64,000 bases of DNA from Vermamoeba vermiformis (lineage: Eukaryota), in assembly GCA_045837725.1 (NCBI GenBank), contig JBEWZL010000198.1, positions 62,001 to 126,000 of the forward strand. Direction: 5' to 3'. Positions 55,701 to 64,000 of this stretch are shown here, one piece after another. The notes below the pieces were generated by a model. The model saw only the letters and a program-made list of their open reading frames with translations, searched no databases and was not told where the DNA came from. Position 1 is the first letter of the stretch; each line of letters opens with the position of its first letter. The position numbers were made by a program, and so were the translations under genes.

Positions 55701-57247
55701 TTAGAAAAGAGTTAGATCCGATGATAATTATTAGAATACGGATAATTTTCTTACATCATCAGATTTTCCATCGATTATACTCGCAGCAGCTAATATTGAA
55801 GTCGTTACGTTTGAAATTTCTTCGCTTAAAATTTTGTAATTGCCCAATAAGACAATCTAAAGCGTTGTTTAGACCTTATACGATATAAAGGTATTATATT
55901 CACGTACTTGTTCGAGGTTATCGATGATTGGCTCGTTAATTAAGCTCAGTAAAGACTCGTAACAGAACTCCAGTACGAGATCTTTGTCAAAGTCTCTGTA
56001 AGCTCTGGCCAGATATAAGACTCGCCTTATGTAGCACCACTACGCTCTCTAGCCTATATAGGCGGTTATAATCGTACGAAACACGAGAAGAATTTACGGC
56101 AGGATCTAGATCGAGCTTGTGAATCCACAACCTCGAACTATTACTACAATATAGGACGTACTTACCAAGAAGTCTTATCTTTGGCGTCTATAATACATAG
56201 TTCGTCGTTCTTTTCTTTGCTGAGTTGCGTTCTAACCACCGTAATTAACTTCTCTAAACAAAACGCGCCATCTTTCAAATAGTAGTTCTTGCAGAATACT
56301 AATCATAATATTAATACCATATATACGAACCCTATAATGTATAATCAAGGTTAAGCATCGCGGATCTACTTACGTTGACCAGCCATCATGAGCAATCGAA
56401 ATAACTTATCGTATTGGTCGTTTGGAAGTTGTTTAATGAGCTGCAGCATTTGACTAGCCTTCAATACCTCAGTATCATTCACGCCTGGCAATGGCTCTTT
56501 GCTTGCTCTCGGATCTAACGAAACAAAATTAACTCCAGTACGCGATGGTCAGATCTCGTTAATAACGGAATAATAGACAGTAAAAAGGTATGATAAAGAA
56601 ATTTAACGTACTGGGTATACTTTGAGAGGACTTTGGACTGATATTTGGCGTAGTTAGAGTTGAGCTCGATCTGGATTTGTCTGGACTAATCGTGTTTTGC
56701 GCTGAACTAGGGCCTTTCTGTACTCGCGCCATTTCTTTTAAATGTTTAGCGCTGTTTTGATGTGCTTGCCACGTGTTGACACTCGAGAATGACTTGTTAC
56801 AATATGAACAAAAAAACTGAGCTGCATCTGGTGACTTAGGACTAGCATCTAATATTTATTTGATATTAAAATTATTATAATTATTTATCGGCTTATTTGG
56901 TTACTAACATACCTGCAGGAGCTAATACAATTTTTTGGGCAAGTGGATCCAGCACGATTGCTTCATAGACTGTAAATTAAATGATTATTAATTTAATACT
57001 TCGAGTATTATGATTAATTCAGAGTAGTATCAATAGTTGTCGTCAGATCGAGTCAAAAAATCAAAAAAAAAGCAAAACAAAAATTCTAAAAATGGTAGAA
57101 TCATTATTAGAATAACAATACATCAATCGAGCATGTATAATACTTGTTGTTGCTGTATGAATAATATTCCACGACTTTTCTCAACGATACGATCCACTTA
57201 CCATTATGAGCGCTAGAGGGTGGTGCGTAAATTGGTAATTCGCCCAT
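52709..57247 (-). CDS. Large uncharacterised protein with C2H2 (jazz/matrin-like) zinc finger, helical mid-region and disordered Lys/Asn/Ser-rich C-terminus
   Basis: ATG 57247 (MGELPIYAPP). FFCSYCNKSFSSVNTWQAHQNSAKH near 56750-56820. Multiple GT-AG exons down to the long ORFs 53821-54462 and 52709-53782. Not every junction was resolved, so it could be two genes. Confidence 0.5.
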
Positions 57248-57766
57248 TTATATTCTAAACTAGATCTATAACATCAATTTAATAACTTGTTGGCTCTTGA
57301 CTTACTCTTAACAAAAAATAAACAGGTACATCTGTATGATTCTTCGGGACCTCGTGCTCTCGAAGGAATAACTAAGCAATTAACGCACCAAAAGAATGAA
57401 TTTTCTTTTAGTATTTCACTGCGTAACCTTTCTATGAAGCAGCCCATCTGAACCGCTTCCCGCATAGTACTGAACAAGTACCGTGGTTCTCGGGGGGACA
57501 TCGTTCGACGGCTGTAACGGCAATAAAAGCTAATCTTTCACTGTTTAGGCAATAATTTCTAGCAACAAATACCCGTAGAAGCTTAATGGTGCAATTATAC
57601 CGGGTAAATGTTTTAAGGAGGCCTGATTATGAACTAAACCCAAAGATGACTTTATCAATAGTACGATTAGAATCTCTCGTCGAATATGGTTGAATTGCAA
57701 CTTCGAATCTTCGGAGGTCGTTAAATCACTCTAATTTTAGCTTGTTTAACGAACGCAATACCAGAA

Positions 57767-58643
57767 ATGATAGCCAAATTGGTAATCGTTGCGTTGATCG
57801 TAATCTCCTACATCGTAGTAACCGAGGCTACTATCTCAATCACCACTTACTCTGACAACGCATGCACTAATCCGATCGGTTTTTATTCCGTAGGTTACAT
57901 CCGTTAATACTATTTCAAGGCCTTAAATCAATAGATTGATAGGGAACTCCTGCCTGCCAATTGGCCAAGCGTTCCGTTGACGAAGCTGAGGGCACTAATG
58001 TCTGCACTCCAGCCTCGGTTAATGGTCCGTGGTCAATCGTACACGAGTGCATCAACAACGTCGCAGCTCCTTCATTCACCGTTCCTACAGGCCATACTTT
58101 AAAGTACAGCACGATAGCGGATTGTGGTTTTAGCCAATATGAAATTACTGCTTGTAGGTTCTCGAATTTCGATACTTAGATCAATAACTGAAAATCTTTA
58201 AATTCGTAGCTGCTTCGCAGGAGCCGACTACGATCGTTATATACAGTCCGGATTTATTCAGCTATATTCCCATCAACGTGACAATGGTATGCGACGGCTC
58301 AACAGGAATTTTAAGTCTTGAAAGCTGCATCCCGACGGTCGGCTGCACCAGCTTTGATGCTGTTCCGAATAATATCTGCACGAATATTACTACTACCATC
58401 ATGAACCGGTTTTATAACGGAATTCAAACTTCTTGCAGTGATGCTCCTCCTCAAGGCATGAATCCGATCCCAGAAGGGCCACTCGCTGCTCCTGTTGAAG
58501 TTCCTGTCGCATCTCCAGCTTCAATTCCTGTTGCTTCCCCTAAGGCTTCTACCACTCCAGTCAAGAAGTCGTCTGAAGCTATTTCGATCGCCGCTGGATC
58601 CGCTGTTGTTTTCATCGCTACTGCTTCTACTTTGCTCTGGTAA
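57767..58643 (+). CDS. Secreted/GPI-anchor-like cysteine-containing surface protein, paralog A
   Basis: Signal peptide, TTYSDNACT, Cys-rich domain, Pro/Ala/Ser stalk and hydrophobic C-terminus. Confidence 0.75.
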
Positions 58644-58810
58644 ACGTACAACTTTTGATTGCACATATCTTACCTCCCTTACAAGAATAAAAATCATAAA
58701 GGTATGTGTAAGCAATAGGCAACGTTCATGAAATAACCGCAACGGTTCGGTTGGCCAAAATTTTTTTTTTTGTACCGAACTTTTTATTCTTGCGTAACAG
58801 ACTACCACAA

Positions 58811-59854
58811 ATGATCGCCAAGTTGTTAACTATCGCGGTAGCTATTGCTATTGCTTTTGTTGCCTACTCCGAAGCTACTGTTTCCGTCACCACCTACTCC
58901 GATAGCGGTTGCACTACGGCAGTCGGTTTTTACGCGGTAAGTGCATCTCTTCGATAAAATTGGTAATTCATCTCATTAATATCTCGCCATTCATATTTTT
59001 ATGTATTATAATCAGATCAATCTCATGCGTATCTAATTTTATCGTAAATTGTAATCTTCCATTTTTGGAAAAGGATAAAATACGCTCAAAACGAAAATAT
59101 TAAAACAGACTTAATTTGACCTTGTAATTAGTCCAACGAAGCTTGCGTGCTTATCTCAAAGCGGGCTACCGAAGGATTAACTTGCACGGCTGCTTCGGCC
59201 GATGGTCCTTGGTACAGTGTTGGACAATGCAGCGTTGGTAGTGGTGACCCTACTGCGACTGTTCCTAATGGCATGCAATCGTTCAAGTATGGCGCCTTCT
59301 CCCCTTGCGATTTTTCGTCGAATTACGAAATTATTGCGTGTAGGTTTCAGTCTGATCTTAACTCTGACCCGTAATTAACCACAATAAGCAGCTGGTACTT
59401 CGCAGACTATCCCTATCGTGGTGTACTTTGTTGGTGGTTTTTCATTTGCTTCCTACAACACCACTATCTCCTGCGATAGTATTACCGGCACCATGAGCAT
59501 CGAAGCTTGTCCACCTAGCCTTGGTTGCGCCAGTTTCGACTCTGTTCCCAACAATGTCTGCACGAACATTACTACTCGCATCCAGGACCAGTTCTCTAAC
59601 GGAATTCAAACTTCTTGCGTTGCCGTTCCTCAAGGTACGAGCCTTCATCCAATCAAAAGCGAAACGTTAATTTTGTATCTTTAGCTGCTCCAATTGCACC
59701 TATGGCTGCTCCCATGTCTGCTCCCACAAATGCTCCCATGGCAACTCCAGTTGCTGCACCGAAAGCTGCGACCCCAGCTAGAAAGTCTGCTGCTGTTTCC
59801 GTAGCTGTCGGATCTGTTGTTGCTTTGGCTAGTGCTGCTACTTTGCTTTTGTAA
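58811..59854 (+). CDS. Secreted/GPI-anchor-like cysteine-containing surface protein, paralog B
   Basis: Colinear with paralog A (MIAKL, TTYSD-x2-C, GPW, GC-x-SFD-x-VPNN-x-CTNITT, NGIQTSC), with AP(M/K)A stalk and hydrophobic tail. Confidence 0.75.
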
Positions 59855-60125
59855 TTCGGATCGGAACTGACTTGTTCACGAACGACAATAAACAGGACTT
59901 TAGTTCTAGATATCTCAATGGGCTATGGCTATACTTCACTTGTTTTCTCGCTCGAAAGCATTAAAAACATGGTTAAACCTTACCTCCACTACCACGGTAT
60001 TTTTTGATCACGCGTGATACATGCAGCTATTGCTCTTTGTTTCATTGCCTGAAAATTAAACGAAGATTAATGTTATATGAGTACTAGGCTTAAGTCAGAG
60101 CGACCTTGATATTTATAACGGATCC

Positions 60126-60397
60126 GAGTCAAAGAAGAAAAATGAAAGAAAAAATTCTAAAAATGAAAAGAGCTGATAATACTGATGCTAGAATCATTTA
60201 TTAACATGAAAATACATCAATTGAATGCACAATATTTTTTGATGATGCAGGAAGAATGTTCCACGACTTTTCTCAACAGATCCGCTTACCAATATGAGTT
60301 CTAGAGGGTGGTGACGTAAATTGGTAAATCGCCCATTAATATTCTACAATATTTGCAACATTACTATAATAAGTTGTTGGCTCTTGTCTTACTATTG
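60126..60397 (-). repeat. Diverged direct copy of about 57050-57310 (5' end and upstream flank of the zinc-finger gene)
   Basis: Shared blocks GAGTCAAA, AAAATTCTAAAAATG, TTCCACGACTTT, CTAGAGGGTGGTG, CGTAAATTGGTAA, CGCCCATT and TTGTTGGCTCTTG in the same order. The copy has a 1-nt insertion that truncates exon 1. Confidence 0.85.
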
Positions 60398-60745
60398 TCT
60401 TAATATCAAAAAAATATCATCCGTCAGTTTTCCTTGCGGCTGCCGAATCAAACTCTTAGTCATAAACATAAATATATATTATCCTCGATTATTTGGATGC
60501 GGGGTCGAGCGTTTGCAAGCGGATCTACCAAAGATCCCGCGTCTTTACTGACGTGCCTTTGACATCTAGCCGTTGTAACTAATAAGATAATCAAAATCAA
60601 ACATGTTGACTCATTCCTTGTATATTCTGTGATATGCTGGTGACGTGTAGCGATTTCTAGGAAAAGTTTATAACCCTTCTTGTCCTGCCGTAGAAAAAAC
60701 TTCAATTTTCGCATTAAAAAATCATTGACACCACAGCTCTCTACG

Positions 60746-61495
60746 ATGAAAAGAAGATTTGAAGATAGCGAGGACTCTTCGCGTAGTGAGGAGGCTATGG
60801 TGGACGATGAGACAATCGAGAGCTCCGTCGACGAAAGCAACATCTGCGTCGAAGATCGAAGGAAGAAAAAGAAATCTGCTTTGAATGAACCCGAAGTCGC
60901 AGCCAAGTTCGAGCTAGAGACTCAGCTAGTGATGGCTAAGCTCATTGAGTATTTAATGCTCAATCAACAAGCGCTTCCGACGACCAAAACAGATTTGCTC
61001 AGTTTGATCGCCAAGTGCTGTTCAGCCACGTTTACTGTGGACGTCAAAGTGGTGTTCTATCACTTGCTACTTAATGGCGTGATAATTCTATCGGACAGCG
61101 ACGCAAGTATCAAAGCAAACCCGAATTGGGACCAGTCCCGCCCTTTGCTCGGATTTCTCCCCATCCGCGACGGCTTGCAAAATCAAGAGCAGTTTGCTGG
61201 CGATTTTAAGAGGACATTGGCTAGATGCATCGAGTGGGTTCGCAACTCGGTCTTCTTGCCAACAGATCAAGCCTTCTTCCTTCAAAGTCTCAAAAAACAC
61301 TGCACGTTTACACGCACCGCGCCTTCGTCGCTCGTTGTTCAACGATTGCTTCAAAATAATTATATACAGCTCGCTGAGGATGCAGACACAATTGTCTATC
61401 ACCTGCCAGCTGCACATCCCGTGGCTGAAGAATACGGCCATTACATGTCGTCCTGTATTTTTAAGGGCTTGCAGTCAATTAATGCCCAGTGTTAA
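60746..61495 (+). CDS. Intronless uncharacterised protein with NLS-like basic patch and two winged-helix-like repeats
   Basis: RRKKKK patch. Internal repeat LPTTKTDLLSLIAKCC...VVFYHLLLNGVI / LPTDQAFFLQSLKKHC...LVVQRLLQNNYI. Fold assignment is tentative. Confidence 0.65.
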   Translation: MKRRFEDSEDSSRSEEAMVDDETIESSVDESNICVEDRRKKKKSALNEPEVAAKFELETQLVMAKLIEYLMLNQQALPTTKTDLLSLIAKCCSATFTVDVKVVFYHLLLNGVIILSDSDASIKANPNWDQSRPLLGFLPIRDGLQNQEQFAGDFKRTLARCIEWVRNSVFLPTDQAFFLQSLKKHCTFTRTAPSSLVVQRLLQNNYIQLAEDADTIVYHLPAAHPVAEEYGHYMSSCIFKGLQSINAQC

Positions 61496-61917
61496 TAATA
61501 ATCCGTATTATTTTGTGAATTAATATCAATATTATGTTTGTAATCCTTGTATTTTTCAATACAAACGAGTTTGTAAATAAAATTTGACCGTTATGCGATC
61601 TGCTCTACCTTATTAAGCCTACAAAATAATTCTTTCCGATATAATATTGGGCAAATCTACCTGCCCTCGTTCTTTTCTAGGAATTTAGTGGACACAACGT
61701 GTGCGGATCAGATCCGAAAAAAACTCGGTATTGAAATTTCCTTAATTGAACCCTAATGTACTGAGACCTAACTTTAGCAGTCATCACTTCGATTATGACA
61801 GCTTCCCGAAGGCTCCAGAGATATTTTCGTTGTGTTCTGTTCTCGATTATTTACCAAAGTGCGGTTTATCGGAGCAACAATCTCTTTATTATTACTATTA
61901 TTTTCACTATAACAGAC

Positions 61918-63779
61918 ATGGCAACAATCAAAGACACGATCAAAAAGCTCACAGCCGAGCGAGATGTAACCGCCGAACAGTTGGCAAAGTGTTTTCAAGA
62001 GATCATGAACACCGAGGCGACTCCTGCGCAAGTGGGTGCATTCTTAGTATTACTGAAGTACGTAGAATACGTTTTATATGGTATTAAGCTGCTTTCCTAT
62101 CCGAATTTTCTAGCCAATTTTCAGCTTCGAGAAGAAATTTTTAGATAATTTTAAAAATTACAAAATATACCTATAATACTATAATATGCTTTTAAAATAG
62201 TTAAACATTATTCTAATAATTATAAATAAATATCAAATTTTATGCCAATAAGTTTACGCTCCAGCCGCTCCGTATTCGTTACGCTTTGTTCTAATAGCGT
62301 CATATTATATTAGATCACATTACATATCCCCGCAAGTCCTTCACGAGTGTTCGCAAGTCCTCCTCGGCTACGCTATGCGTTGTCACGTGGAGTCCAATGA
62401 ACCTGTGCTGGACATTGTAGGCACAGGCGGTGACTCGTCATCGATTGATACATTCAACGTCAGTACTGCTGCTGCTATTGTTTGTGCAGCCGCGGGGCTA
62501 AGGATATCCTTAACAACTTATAACTACAAAATGAACTTTCAGACCATTTTTATTCTCGTTCAAAATTTTTCAATATCCGTAATTCAAATTAGCCGCTAAT
62601 ACCTTATATTTATCGATACTATAAGAGTATATAATACAATGTATATTAAAGCAAGTATCTCCTTAACTGACGATCACGTGGCCAAACACGGCAACAGATC
62701 TAACTCCGGCAAATGTGGCAGCGCTGATTTTGTCGAGGCTTTAGGTACGATAATATACTATGTAGGTACCGTAATAACAATATATTATAGGTGCAAATAT
62801 TGCAGCGGATTGCTCAGTGGCACAAGAGGCGTTGAACAAAACTGGCTTCTCGTTCTTGTTCTCGCAGAAATTTCATCCGACAATGAAATCAGTTGCGCAA
62901 ATTAGACGAGAATTAGGCGTGAGGACGATATTTAACATATTAGGACCGTTAGTCAATCCTGTCAGGCCTGCTTATATTGTTGCTGGTACGTACGGATCCA
63001 ACAACCAGTTCAAATTTCTCAGAATCAATCCACATATTATTTACAAATATAACATTGTTAATCTTGCTTAATTATGCTAATGAGGCAGCAGTTTGTCGTC
63101 AAACATTTATTCTAATGAATGGTTTGTTATTGATGCAGGTGTGGGTACCAAAGAACTAGGTCCGCAATACGCCAAGACGTTAGCGCTGAACACAGATCTC
63201 AAGCGCGGCATTGTCATTCACAGTTCACTCGGAGTCGATGAGTTGTGCACGCAGGGTGAGACGCACGTGTGGGTCGTGGAGAACGGGCAGATTGAAGAGA
63301 CGACTTGGAGCCCAAAGGACTTTGGCTTGCAAGAACATCCTATTGAGGCTTGTGCTGGTACGTTTGTTCGTTACAAACCCGATCTGTTTTTTCATTTTTT
63401 TATGGTTACAAATTTATTTGCATTTCATGAACTCTTTGAAGCCCAAATAGCGTCCATACCGTATTATAGACTAATACCATTCATTATCATTATTAATGTG
63501 ATGATTTTTGATGAAGTTATATGTCGCTAACGGGTGTATTAATATACAGGTTCCACGGCACCAGAGAACGCAGAAATGTTCCGACGAATCTTGCGCGGTG
63601 AAGACAAAGGCGCCGTACTGGACTTCTTATTGATGAATTGTGCAGCGGCGTTGTGGTTATGTAAAAAAGTGACGAGTTTGGTTGAAGGCGTGGATCTGGC
63701 ACGAAAGACGATTGAGAACGGCAAAGTTACAGCGTTATTGGATCAGTACATTAGTATCACGAACACGTGTAGCAATTAA
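61918..63779 (+). CDS. TRP4: Anthranilate phosphoribosyltransferase
   Basis: TPAQVGAFL, DIVGTGGD, TFNVST, VAKHGNRS, GSADFVEALG, RRELGVRTIFNILGPLVNP, GVDE. Confidence 0.95.
62504..62677 (+). other. U12-type (minor spliceosome) AT-AC intron in TRP4
   Basis: 5' end ATATCCTT, branch site TCCTTAAC at 62660-62667, 3' end CAC. Removal joins AAAGLR to VAKHGNRS in frame. Confidence 0.95.
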
Positions 63780-64000
63780 AAGTTCAACGTCTTTTCAGAT
63801 CTTATGAAATTTCGGGGTTTTTATTTGGCTCAAAACAGGTCGTCTGTTGCTGCCCAGATTGTATATTTATTTATTTTATTTGATTGTAGTACCACACGAG
63901 AAATATTTTATCGATGGAGCATAAGCCAGTTTATACACCAAAGCAAGCTGTAAATTTTAAAGGTGCCCTTCATTCGGATCTGACGTGCGTTGAAGACAAA

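Noticed and set aside
57340-57520. Short hairpin CTTCGGGA...TCTCGAAG and nearby GC-rich stretch as a tRNA or other ncRNA
   Set aside because: No cloverleaf, no properly placed T-loop or box motifs, and the stem is short enough to be chance.
50318-63779. Tryptophan metabolic gene cluster (kynurenine aminotransferase plus TRP4)
   Set aside because: The genes are about 9 kb apart, separated by unrelated genes, and act in opposite pathways. Proximity is probably chance.

Overview
Gene-dense, intron-rich nuclear DNA from a unicellular eukaryote. It looks amoebozoan-like, but that is only an impression from gene content and style. About 25 protein-coding loci can be assembled across short GT-AG introns: Gemin5-like, PEDS1, Ku70, a type I PRMT, an FtsX-type permease, myotubularin, three tandem E2-fold genes, PCCA, RCC1-like, PIN4, a paladin-like triple phosphatase, VIT1, Rap, kynurenine aminotransferase, TRP4 and several orphans. 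The main observations are: (1) a Crinkler-type NTPase plus restriction-endonuclease-fold gene with a mitochondrial-like presequence, lying antisense between the two halves of a decayed F-box/ankyrin gene; (2) two clear minor-spliceosome AT-AC introns, in the PRMT and in TRP4; (3) a 12-bp palindrome, TGACACGTGTCA, present at least 7 times exactly and mostly inside short introns; (4) several frameshifted or duplicated gene relics. I found no rRNA, tRNA or CRISPR. Gene models were spliced by eye, so internal exon boundaries are not all verified, and family assignments come from motif recognition rather than database searches.
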